64,000 bases of DNA from Albugo candida (taxonomy: Eukaryota), in the NCBI GenBank assembly GCA_040437565.1, contig JBDOQK010000067.1:62001-126000 (forward strand). The letters are read 5' to 3'. This document shows, piece by piece, positions 23,918 to 35,123 of the stretch (position 1 is its first letter; each line of letters begins with the position of its first letter). The notes below the pieces were generated by a model. That model saw nothing but the letters and a program-made list of their open reading frames with translations. It ran no database searches and had not been told where the DNA came from. The translations under genes and the position numbers were made by a program.

Positions 23918-24212
23918 CGTATACTATCGAGTACTATTGGCGTAAAAGCTCCTTTATCTAACTTGAATGCATTATTAGATACGATCTATCGATCTGGTAG
24001 AAATTCAACGCAAGATAGCTCTACATCACTGCTTGAATGGAGCAGTGCTTGGGCAATTCTTGGCTTCGAAGTAGAAATAGAATAGAATAGAGCATACTCG
24101 CATGCTGTGGACGCGATGGATAGTGTGCAAATTCTATATCTGCCTCATAAGGAATAAAGAGTCGGTGTTATTGATAGATGCCATCACTGGTTGTGCGCTG
24201 TAGTATAGACTT

Positions 24213-25343
24213 ATGTCTCTTCCTTTATCAAATAAAACATCATCAAAATTGTTCACTTCACGACACTCGAGTGATGATCAGCAGAGGATTCGTATTTCTG
24301 AGCATCGGGTACGTCCAACAAGTCCAGCAAGAACGTATTCCTTGAAAGGTGGACGTGTGAGCTACGATACGCGTGAGCCCTTGGTCAAAGAAAGTCGATT
24401 GGTCAGAGACCACACGAAACGAAGGCGTCAGCGGAGAACCCCGCTTAAGCATTCTACGTCACTCCCTGCGTTTCTATCCATCCAGGAAGCCGAATTTTGT
24501 GAGCTGGAATCGTTTTTGAGCACATATCGCTTCCAGGTGATAATATAAGCGAGTCACTCGCACAACTCATGTGAGAGTCCATGTAGAGGAAATGTACCCC
24601 AGCAGCCGTCAAAATCCAATCTACTTGGCGCATGTACAAGAAAAGAAAAGCTTATCGTAAATGGGCAAAATACGTAGAAATACGATATCGTAAATTGTTT
24701 CAACGATGGGCTTTTTCAGCCAAAGTCAGTCGGATTTTGCGTGTTTCAGTTCAGCGTAAATTCCTTCACGCATGGCGACACCAGGTCAAATCTACACTTC
24801 GAGTACGCTTGCTATCTGATGTGCAATGCATTTGAAATTGATTGTGTTCTCGCGCAGAATTTGGAGCTCGAAATTGGTATTTTCGAATATGCGCAATTAC
24901 GAGGAAAGCTGACTCCATTAGCTGTAAACTTGTTTCTGAAGAAAAAAAAATCGCTTGCTCAAAAAAGTGTTATCCAAAACGACGGCTCGCTTCGGAAAGA
25001 AAGTCTTTCTTGGTGCCTTAATCCGGCATACGATGTTTTGACGGAATGTACCGAGAAGAAATCTAGTCGTGTGAGTAGAGTTAGACGCTTGCATTCGAAG
25101 GCAGCAGCATTTATTGCGACGAAAATACGAGAGCGATTATTTATTTCATGGAGAGATCACAATTTCTGTCATGGCCGAAAGGGACTTGACGCTCGTTTTT
25201 ACATCAATGGAGCTGTTAGAACGGCATTAACCTCTCGATCTCGATGGCCTGGAGAATTAGCGGCTGCAATTTTTTCTTCATGGTCGAGATGGGTGAGAGA
25301 TCGTCGATCCAAGCGTCATCCAGGTCGAGGTCTTACACGATGA
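24213..25343 (+). CDS. Hypothetical basic protein with an IQ motif and Sfi1-like Trp repeats (multi-exon)
   Basis: Consecutive ORFs joined by plausible GT-AG introns. AAVKIQSTWRMYKKRKAY is an IQ motif, followed by repeated F..W segments. It is divergent from DUS3. Confidence 0.5.
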
Positions 25344-25941
25344 GATAGAGAGAAATAGCACCAGGTTGCATCGAGATCTACCTCTCAGTTCGAATCGAGC
25401 CTAATGGTTAAATGGAGTATGAGACCTGGGCATTACGCTAGTGGGTCGAGTGTATCTTTGGAGCCTTTGTACTACCAAAGAGTCCGTTTACATATTGAGT
25501 TTTGTTTCCCATTGATATGAATCCGCCCGAGTTGAACGTAGTTTCATGATGTTTGCTGCGCTTTACTCTCAGCACCGGCTACCAGCAATACTGCACTAAT
25601 TGCTNNNNNNNNNNNNNNNNNNNNNNNNNNNNNNNNNNNNNNNNNNNNNNNNNNNNNNNNNNNNNNNNNNNNNNNNNNNNNNNNNNNNNNNNNNNNNNNN
25701 NNNNAAATGGAGTATGAGACCTGGGCATTACGCTAGTGGGTCGAGTGTATCTTTGGAGCCTTTGTACTACCAAAGAGTCCGTTTACATATTGAGTTTTGT
25801 TTCCCATTGATATGAATCCGCCCGAGTTGAACGTAGTTTCATGATGTTTGCTGCGCTTTACTCTCAGCACCGGCTACCAGCAATACTGCACTAATTGCTC
25901 GTATATTTGGATATCCAAGTCTTGATCACTTTGTGGGCGAC

Positions 25942-27156
25942 TCAAGTATCCTCGTGTGAGCCTTTCCCGGGGACATAACATGTCAGTGAACCGAATCCAT
26001 CTATCAGAACACCATGAAGCGCCAGTACTGGACCTTCAGAAATGCCTGTGGGAGAGGAAAAATCAAAATATGTCCAAAGTGCGATACAACAAATACAAGC
26101 TCACAGCATAGCAATGTCTCAACGGAAGTGTCATCGATCAACATCGATTTAGATAGCATTCGAGCGTCAACCGTTACAGACACTTCACGTCGATCATCTT
26201 GAGCGTCATTAAAAGCCTCAACCGTGGCTGTGAGCTCGTCTCGATGCTTCAAGTTGACAAATACTGTCTGTAATTGTAACACTTCAGTATGAATTTTGAA
26301 CCTCAGTGTCCCATTTTTATCTGCTGCGATGACAATTGTCCTATCGATAACTNNNNNNNNNNNNNNNNNNNNNNNNNNNNNNNNNNNNNNNNNNNNNNNN
26401 NNNNNNNNNNNNNNNNNNNNNNNNNNNNNNNNNNNNNNNNNNNNNNNNNNNNGTGAGCTCGTCTCGATGCTTCAAGTTGACAAATACTGTCTGTAATTGT
26501 AACACTTCAGTATGAATTTTGAACCTCAGTGTCCCATTTTTATCTGCTGCGATGACAATTGTCCTATCGATAACTTTAAGTCGATCCACCAACGAGCGTA
26601 AGAGATGTGAAGGTGGTAGCTCCATTGCAATCTCTGGCAGCGGTAAATCGGGCTCCATGCAAATACGAGTAGCCGTCTCGATGGGTATCACACGTATTGG
26701 AACGCTTTGCACAATATCCACATCGACAGAGCAGGTTTTGAAGCACAATAGAGATTCATCACCGCGCTTCAAAAGTCGCATCATAACCACATTAGACTCT
26801 TTGCCCGAGGATAAAGCTTGGGAAACATGCTGAATATCACACACAAACGCAATTTGATTCGAAGAGCGACTTTGTACGATGTAATTTGTGAACATGCGAG
26901 CAGCCTGCAGCTTGACAAAGCAAGCTGTTCCGAGCTCCAATGTCGGACAAGCTGCTCGAATAGTTAGAGAGAGCATTTCTGGTGTTAGTATGAATACGCA
27001 CTCATTGTTTTGAATATGAGTGGAAGCGGATAGCGTGTGTTTATTGGTCCCTTTTTGGTTCCCCATAGAATGGCGAGAATCAAAGCGGCAGCCGATCTGT
27101 ACGATTTCGAGCATTATCGGGAAGGTTTCTCGTGTGATAGTTCCTCGAAAGCGCAT
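25942..27156 (-). CDS. HUS1: 9-1-1 checkpoint clamp subunit Hus1 (3' exon structure uncertain; gap-overlap duplicate inside)
   Basis: MRFRGTI..., MFTNYIVQSRSSNQIAF, ALSSG, DIVQSVPIRVI, EPDLPLP, LRSLVDRLKVI and a C-terminal GSLTCYVP all fit the Hus1 family pattern. Confidence 0.85.
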
Positions 27157-27285
27157 TTGACTTTTTAAACCAATCGAAAAGGTTTACTTTTTACAGCTGC
27201 AATCACCGTACATGTTTAGCTCACTTTGCATTCTTCCGGGCTTTCAATTTGAATTCGCAATCACTACAATTTGAAAGGAACGCTT

Positions 27286-27936
27286 CTTTTCTCACACTAA
27301 TTGTGGTAACTGCTGCGCAGAATTAGATCAGCAAATGTTGTGACATTACAAATGCAAACATGGATTTTTATTCGTATTTTAGTTTCGTAATGGAGAAGGC
27401 GTTTGACTCTGACAATCGATGTATGGATACGTCTTTGGTTGAAATTGGCAGTAATCAGATGGAAGGGTTCATAAAGCTGACACTTGTGCAAAAGAGAGCA
27501 AGTACTGGACGACGTAATGCTGTAGTTGGTTTAAAGATAAAACCGGCTCCGCAAAGAGCTGAACGACCACACATTACGGAGAACGTGCATTAGTGCAAGT
27601 GGGTTTATCATATGCGCGGTCACATTTAAAGTGTATCGTATTGATTTATAGCAATTTTGATGTTGTAATCGGCTTTTTGGATGCTAATTTCACCTTTTCA
27701 ATCATACGTAAGAAAATTGAGCGCGTATGTTTGTAGTGTAGCGATTGATCCCGCTAGTCATTAGCGTTGTTGAAGACCGTGTCTATTCAACGTATCGATC
27801 CTGCTGCTAGATGAATTTCATCATATGACAAGGATTATAGGCGTTTGTGTATAATCCATTCTATTTATACTTATACTATAGTACTGGTCCAGAGATTTGC
27901 AGAGTACTGTACTCACATCCCCAACGTGAAACCAGG
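27286..27936 (+). repeat. ~650-bp diverged direct repeat, copy A (copy B at 31000-31650)
   Basis: Colinear with 31000-31650 but with many substitutions and small indels. Copy A is cut by the gap at 27937. Confidence 0.9.
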
Positions 27937-28435
27937 NNNNNNNNNNNNNNNNNNNNNNNNNNNNNNNNNNNNNNNNNNNNNNNNNNNNNNNNNNNNNNNN
28001 NNNNNNNNNNNNNNNNNNNNNNNNNNNNNNNNNNNNAGCAATGGTAAGAGATGAAGAAGAGACTTCTGATAAGCAAAAGGCACCGAAATGACGTCAGAGA
28101 ATGTGATAAATGTACTCTGAAATAGAATCTGCTGCGCGTAACATACGTCGGGATAGGAAAGGGAATTCAAGATCATTGTAGACTCATGCATTGACAATCG
28201 TTCATCTTTAACAATTCATGTACAAATAGAGCATTCACTGATACAATCCTAATCCTTGCCGAGAATTCTCCAACGGACATGCTTACACACAACGGATAGA
28301 GGAATCTGAACCAATCTCCTGGTCTTGGTTTGTGAACCCAGGTCAAATGTTGCCACTTTGCCGCTTCGTCCCACTTTACGAGATTGCTTGTGAGCAACTT
28401 GTTGTACAGGTCACCTCATCTTTTCTCAAATCTCT

Positions 28436-28451
28436 TCATTTTGCAATTTGC
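28436..28451 (+). promoter_or_regulatory. Oomycete INR+FPR core promoter
   Basis: TCATTTTGCAATTTGC about 60 nt upstream of ATG 28512; conserved in the paralogue at 13891-13906. Confidence 0.65.
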
Positions 28452-28511
28452 TTTCCAGATACAAGACTACAACACAACACGACGTCAAAAACCAACACCA
28501 AACAATACAAA

Positions 28512-28829
28512 ATGCGATCAGGACTCCAAATCACGTGCATGGTGCTGTTGGCTTTCACATCGACCTCAGTTAGTGTGTGCCCCACAACATGCCCCACAAC
28601 ATCAAATGGAGCTGCCGAGGGGCTGGATGCCAAAATATCCGGCAAACCTAAGCTACGATCTCTTGGATCTGTGCCCGGACCATCAAGATATTTGAATTGC
28701 TTCCAAGTTTGTTTTTTTCAATGTTGGAGTATGTTTTCCTGTTGTTGTAACCCCATCCGAAAAGCAACTGACGTTGTACAAAACTCAAATAGACTTGAGC
28801 TTAAACTTGAAAAGCCATCTAAAAAATAA
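28512..28829 (+). CDS. Small secreted protein (105 aa), candidate effector with KLRS motif and Cys-rich amphipathic segment
   Basis: MRSGLQITCMVLLAFTSTSVS signal peptide, then KPKLRSLGS and CFQVCFFQCWSMFSCCC. INR+FPR lies upstream and AATAAA overlaps the stop. A paralogue is at 10815-13831. Confidence 0.75.
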   Translation: MRSGLQITCMVLLAFTSTSVSVCPTTCPTTSNGAAEGLDAKISGKPKLRSLGSVPGPSRYLNCFQVCFFQCWSMFSCCCNPIRKATDVVQNSNRLELKLEKPSKK

Positions 28830-29538
28830 ACCAGCTTTATTGACTATTCCTCACTTGTGCCATCTATGATCTGTACAATTACAGTCTACCCTGCTATGAG
28901 TAAAATTACAAAAGCGATCTATTTTACGTTTGCTCACCATAAACGCTGCATTTGCAGGGCATTGTGTCTACCCTTCAAAACGAGTATGCTGAAAAGCTCG
29001 GTTTACTGCTTCGTCCTGTTGTCCTTCGAGTACACAGCTATTACAGGTACACGTTATTCAAAAGTTCTTCCTTTGTTCCCAACAAGAAAGTTTGTGGAAG
29101 TTAAGTTGAACAATTCCCATGATCGCTTCATCCGTGCATCGTTACCTCAACAGTCGACTGAGTATTATTAAAAAAAACTACATAACAACCTAATCATCGC
29201 GAATGTTCTCCCAAAGTCTTTGTTACGTGTATTTTGATCTGCGTGATACGTGCACACGTCACTTTGTTGTCTGCACGTGACAGTATGTTGTCAGTTTGTA
29301 AAAATATCTCACTAGCCACACGAGCAACATGATTGCATTAGGAATATTGAACCAATGCGCTTGTGTTACGGTCCTACACCCATGCTACTTTGCGTACGTC
29401 CAGGTTTGCCCGCAGAATATAGTAGAATACCGATAAGAGTCCCATATAATTGGCGCTGTGCAATCACTGCTTCGTCTTCCTCATCTCTAAAAAAAACCAG
29501 ATTGAATTGTAAGCGTTAACCGGGAAATTTCAGCGTGG

Positions 29539-30081
29539 ATGATTTGTATGGTGGCTTTTATACATGTGGCAGTTTGTGGCCTCCTTCCGACTTCGGTAGA
29601 GTCAGCGACCACACTAATTAGTGATACACACTCGGTTACGACGAACGCAGATACTGCTGCTAGAGATGTTCAATTCGATTCCCAAACAACAGCGACTGGA
29701 TCACGGTCATTTATACCCGACATTGAAACACAGGGTAGCGGCAGCCTCCGTGCGACCTCAAGTCGAAATGGATCAATATCGAATCCAGCACGACTGCTCA
29801 CCTCTAGATATAATCGTATTTCTACCACAAATACTCCGAATAACGATGAATTTGAATCACACGCAGAGCTCAAAGTCTCAGAATCTTCATTATCTGGACG
29901 TGGTAAGGCTAAAGTGAATGATCGCCCGAAGAAAGAGCGCAAAATAGTCAGATTCGCTGTTACAAAGGATACAGCAGACGCAGGGAGTAGCAACAAAGAT
30001 TCCGTGACTTCTTTTCGAAAGGTCATGTCAAAATATCTGGGACTCGTGACTCCATTAGTCTGGCACAAGCTGATCGATTAA
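29539..30081 (+). CDS. Secreted Ser/Thr-rich protein (180 aa), candidate effector
   Basis: Hydrophobic N-terminus MICMVAFIHVAVCGLLPTSVESA, intronless, disordered body, GSLRA and a basic RPKKERKIVRF segment. Confidence 0.65.
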   Translation: MICMVAFIHVAVCGLLPTSVESATTLISDTHSVTTNADTAARDVQFDSQTTATGSRSFIPDIETQGSGSLRATSSRNGSISNPARLLTSRYNRISTTNTPNNDEFESHAELKVSESSLSGRGKAKVNDRPKKERKIVRFAVTKDTADAGSSNKDSVTSFRKVMSKYLGLVTPLVWHKLID

Positions 30082-30999
30082 AAATCAAAGTCGCTTTTTA
30101 CTGCTACTTGGCCAATGTTACCTTTGAAAAGCCTACGTTACCCCCATTGCATTCGAAGAGTACCGAATAAGGCACTACAATACGGCCCCAAGAAAAGAAA
30201 CCCAGCTTTTTCAAGAAATTTTGGAGTTCTGTAAAAAGAAGGACGCATGAAGTGGATTTACGTCAAGATGGAAACGCGAACGATCTGAAAAAAGCCAAGG
30301 CTGCCCTCGGATCGCCTTTTTCCAATGGTGGATAGCAACGGCCGAAAAAAGAAGAACCTTGATCATCAAATTTATAGGCAGCATCGCTCTTGCATTTCTT
30401 ACCTATGATTTATCTTCAGTTGAAAGGCACAATACTTTCTTCATTCCATGTTTACGATACGTACGTAAATTGTGTGCACTTCCGTTTGTCGACACTGAGG
30501 ACGATAGCTTTGAACACCCTATTCAAAAGTCTTTATCTTACTGAAGTGGTGTTGGCTTGTTCACACCAAGCCGCGATCAGACCGCATGTGATAATTACAT
30601 CACTAGAATGAAAGAGAAAATGGGTCTGATACTTGACGGTGCAATACAAGGATGAGATCAAGTGACCTCTCTAGATACCCGACCTGTCGTAAATAATAAA
30701 TACATATACTAAATACATTTCATGTGAATAGCTGTAAGAGATGGTAATATGTCTTCTCGCTGATCGTGCTGTATTTCCACATTGGTGTCCACCACACTTG
30801 CCTGAACATCGCCATCCAGCTAGGATTAGGATTGAAGTTGCACTTGCATTTCTACTTGCCGGTTCCGTACCCACAGCAATGATTGCGCTACGAGTTAATC
30901 CAGCACCATTAAAACTTGATTTGGCCGCCTTGATAGTAAAACTGTCTTCTCAAGTACCGAGCGTGCGCACTAAACGTGGTCTAGATCATGGAAAGTGTC

Positions 31000-31650
31000 C
31001 TTTTCTCACAGTAGTTGTGGTAACTGCTGCGCAGAAATAGATCAGCCAATGTTGTGACATTACAAATGCAAAGATGGCTTTTTATTTGTATTTTAGTTTC
31101 GTAATGGAGAAGGCATATGACTCTGACAATAGATGTATGGATACGTCTTTGGTTGAAATTAGCAGTAATCAGATGGAAGGGATCATAAAGCTGACACTTG
31201 TGCAAAAGAGAGCAAGTACTGGACGACGTAATGCTGTAGTTGGTTTGAAGATGAACCCGGATCCGCAAAGAGCTGAACGACCACACATCACGGAGAACGT
31301 GCATTAGTGCAAGTGGTTTATCATATGCGCGGTCACATTTGAAGTGTATCGTATTGATTTATAGCAATTTTGATGTAATCGGCTTTTTTGGATGCTTATT
31401 CTTTCACCTTTTCAATCATACGTAAGAAAATTGAGCGCGTATGTTTGTAGTGTAGCGATTGATCCCGCTAGTCATTAGCGTTGTTAAAGACTGTGTCTAT
31501 TCAACGTATCGATGATGATGCTAGATAAATTTCATCATTTGACAAGTACTATAAGCATTTGTGCGTAATCCATTGTATTTATATTTATACTGTATTACCA
31601 GTCTAGAGATTTGCAGAGTACTGTACTCACATCCCCAACGTGAAACCAGG
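31000..31650 (+). repeat. ~650-bp diverged direct repeat, copy B
   Basis: Homologous to 27286-27936; ends about 100 bp upstream of the CK2-beta ATG. Confidence 0.9.
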
Positions 31651-31754
31651 AATCATTCAATCCGATATTAGTGGTTGGTTGCCGCCGACTCGCATCGTTA
31701 GGAACGAACGAACGGTGTGTTACTGAACGTGCTGTAGTTTGAAGAACAAAGACA

Positions 31755-32904
31755 ATGTCCGACTACGAAGAAGACGAGGAAAAGTGGATTCAGTGGTTCT
31801 GCAGTTTGCCAGGGAACGAGTACTTTTGTGAGGTGCCACAAAGCTACATCGAGGATTCTTTTAATTTATACGGTCTACGAGCGACCGTACCGCACTTCGA
31901 AGATGCTTTGAACATCATTTTAGATCTCACAGGTCACAACATTTCTTCCTATCGTATAAATATACCTCACCGCTCGCTATAGATATCCCGTACGATGAAG
32001 ATGTACCGCCGTACGCGGCTGAATTATACGGAATGATCCACGCTCGCTACATACTGACTTCACATGGGCTTGATACAATGGTTTGCCCTTAGTGTTTCTC
32101 TTTTTGTATCTCATTAACCTCTTTCGGTATGAATACTAGCTTCAAAAGTATCGGGAAGGTGATTTTGGAGTGTGTCCTCGCGCACTATGTGCCAATCAAT
32201 CAGTTGTGCCGGTCCGCTCTACGTCTTTTTCGATACATGTTCGTCTCTAATCTGGTGCTTAAGGCCGGCTTACATGATGAATGGAAAAAGTCCGAAATGA
32301 AATTATTCTGTCCGAAATGCTGCGACCTGTACGCTCCACCAACAGAATATGAAATCGCACCGCGTACGTAACACAACAAGCATTGACATTATGTTGCTGA
32401 AAGTATTGCATTGTTAATTCAGCAAGCTGCGTTTCTTTTGGTAGTGGATGGAGCGTACTTTGGATCAACTTTTCCTCATTTATTCTTTTTGACGTATAAA
32501 GAGCTCGAACCAACACCATCAACGGCGCTCTATATCCCTCGTATCTTTGGATATAAAATCCACAAAAAGAATGGAAATCGAACCCGACTTGGCATCGCAT
32601 CGCAGGAAGGCGACAAACACGCGCATACGACGACTCTCAATCAAACTCAGGTGTGTTTTCAATAAGCATTCTATGTCGAGAAGCAACGCAAACGTCACAC
32701 AAATGCTGTTATATTGTAATATGTTTGTTGCTATCGGAGACATTTTTTGCATTCTCTCATTTCCATCTTTAATTCCTCTGTTTCTTGTTTAACAGAAGTT
32801 GTAATTATGTTGTGAACTAGCGACGGAATCCGACAAGCGGCAGGAAGAAAGAGTGCGGCGTGCAGGGAGGCATTTCAGCGCGAAGTAAGAAGCGAAAAAT
32901 GTGA
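31755..32904 (+). CDS. CKB: Casein kinase II regulatory (beta) subunit, multi-exon
   Basis: WIQWFCSLPGNEYFCEVPQSYIEDSFNLYGL, LYGMIHARYILT, FGVCPRALC, KLFCPKC, DGAYFGSTFPHLF and YIPRIFGYKIH. The last exon 32821-32904 is inferred. Confidence 0.92.
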
Positions 32905-33261
32905 ACGAGCGCCTGATAGCAACAAATTGCAATATAAACTAGATAGTCGCCATCTTCAATACACTGGAATGATATGTTATCGCAACGTACATTGTGTGCA
33001 TTCATTCAGAGCTTGTAGAGTTTCTACGCGCTCCAACTGTCCTTGTAAAACACGGTCGATACGACATTATACGCTTTCACGATGAGCACAATCAATGCGT
33101 ACAACACGTGGATGCGGATGGGTCTGTTTGCATTGTATTTTACGATTTCGTTGCGCCTATGCAGGCGGAAGAAAAGATTGATCATCGTCATTCTATTAAT
33201 TTCTATACTTAAAACTTGATATTTTCGATACTTTACAGGTTAAAAGTAGCATTCCAGCCAT

Positions 33262-35029
33262 ATGGACCCGAATGCGAACGACAAGAATGCTGGAGCTCGT
33301 GCAGTGTACCAGAATGATGAGGAAGACGAGTCAGGGAATAACTGGAGTCAAGTATGGCCGCGTAAACAATCGTCTGCTTCCTCGCAAAGCTCCAATTCAT
33401 CCACATTCACCATAGAAGAGGATATTCGAGCCATGCAAGAGCAATTACAACGCGTTTTGACGTTCTGTGGACTACAAGCGGAGAACCCGCTGCGACTACA
33501 ACGTAAAATATCCGATTTATTGGATCAATTACGTTTAGTTATCGCAGAAAAGAATTATTGGATGAAACGGGCAACGCGAACAGAAATGGCGCAAGGCGAG
33601 CTGACAGATTACGGTACGGCTTAGGGAGCGGAAGGACAATTGAGACTGATTTATTGACTTGATAGAGGACGAAGAAGGTCGACAGTATCGTCGACGTAGT
33701 AATTCTGAATTGCAAGTGATGGCGGACACAATTGCGTCAACAGGAACAGAGATCGTGAGATGGGAGCAGCAAGAACCGAAGAGCCCAAAGTCTGCTGTTC
33801 AGGTCTTTCGTGAAGGAAGTATGTCCTCGCAATCAACAGCAGACACTTTTATGGATTCACTCGCACAGCCGACTCGACGGAAAAGCTCTAGTGCTATCAG
33901 ACAGAAAAAAGCACCATTCCGATTGCTTCAATGCTCGGATCAGCAGTGTGAAGTACTTACTCCACCGGAAGAAAGCATTCGGGTCCTGCATCGAGCACGT
34001 AATAATGTTCATTTTATGTGGGATGAGAGCCCGAGGGCTGTACTGATCATAAAGAAACCGAATGAGCCTGAAGTCACTGAGACTTTCATTCGTATCGCTT
34101 CCTGGCTCAAAAAAGAAAAGAACTTGCGTGTTATTGTGGAGCCTTCGGTTCACGCTGAATTGAAGCTTGAGGATATAGAGACTTGGGTTTGTAAGGAGCA
34201 ATGGGCCGAGTACGAGAGTTTGATCGATTTTGTCGTCACTTTGGGTGGAGACGGTACTATTTTATGGGTTTCTTCGTTGTTTGAAAAAAGTGTCCCACCA
34301 GTGCTTTCATTCGCGATGGGATCTTTGGGTTTTTTGGCTCCATTTGATTCAGCAGAAGCGTCAGGTACATTTTGAATGTGTGCATAAATCGTTTACTCGC
34401 ATTGGGCTTACGCGTCTCCTTCTTTAGACCATTTGGAGCAAGTAATACATGGAGGATTCTGTGTCTCACTGCGTTCCCGATTGTCTGGAACGATTTTACG
34501 AAAAGACAAATCGATTGAGCCTTTGCAACACAAACTTGCTCTTAATGAGATTCTGATTGATCGCGGTCACAATGCTGGTATTCTGGAGCTAGTCTGCTTT
34601 TGTGATGGTCTTGAAATCACCAAAATCGCGGCGGATGGGATCATTATTGCAACTCCGACTGGATCAACGGCGTACTCTCTGTCAGCCGGTGGATCAATGA
34701 CACATCCTTCCGTACCAAGCATGCTGTTCACACCCATTTGCCCTCACACGTTATCGTTTCGACCATTGTTATTCCCAGACAGCGCTACAATCAAGATCCT
34801 CTTACCAATAACCAGTCGAGCAGCTTCGGCCTACGTCTCCTTCGACGGGAAAAATCGCGTTCGCTTGGAGCGTGGGGATGCCGTTGTCGTACGTGTGTCC
34901 GCGTACCCGGTCCCTTCCATTTGCAGAAAGAATGAAAATCACGATTGGTTCGATTCGGTCGTCACCAACCTCAATTGGAATGTCCGGAAGCCTCAGAAAC
35001 CTTTGCAGGTGCAACTCGATTTTCAGTAA
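33262..35029 (+). CDS. NAD(+)/NADH kinase with N-terminal coiled-coil extension (2 introns)
   Basis: TLGGDGT, SFAMGSLGFL, ALNE, ADGIIIATPTGSTAYSLSAGGS and TPICPHTLSFRP. Confidence 0.93.
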
Positions 35030-35123
35030 CATTCGTCAAATTCGTGGCACAATGTTTTTTCGTATGTATAGATTCAGTACGTCTGAATGCATATTTATTA
35101 CCTCAATGCAATTTCTCATTAAA

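Noticed and set aside
25411-26572. Direct repeats at the gaps 25605-25704 and 26353-26452
   Set aside because: Gap-overlap artefacts.
27360-27593. 77-aa ORF present in both copies of the 650-bp repeat (also 31074-31307)
   Set aside because: No recognisable motif or signal peptide, and many differences between copies change amino acids. Not supportable as a gene.
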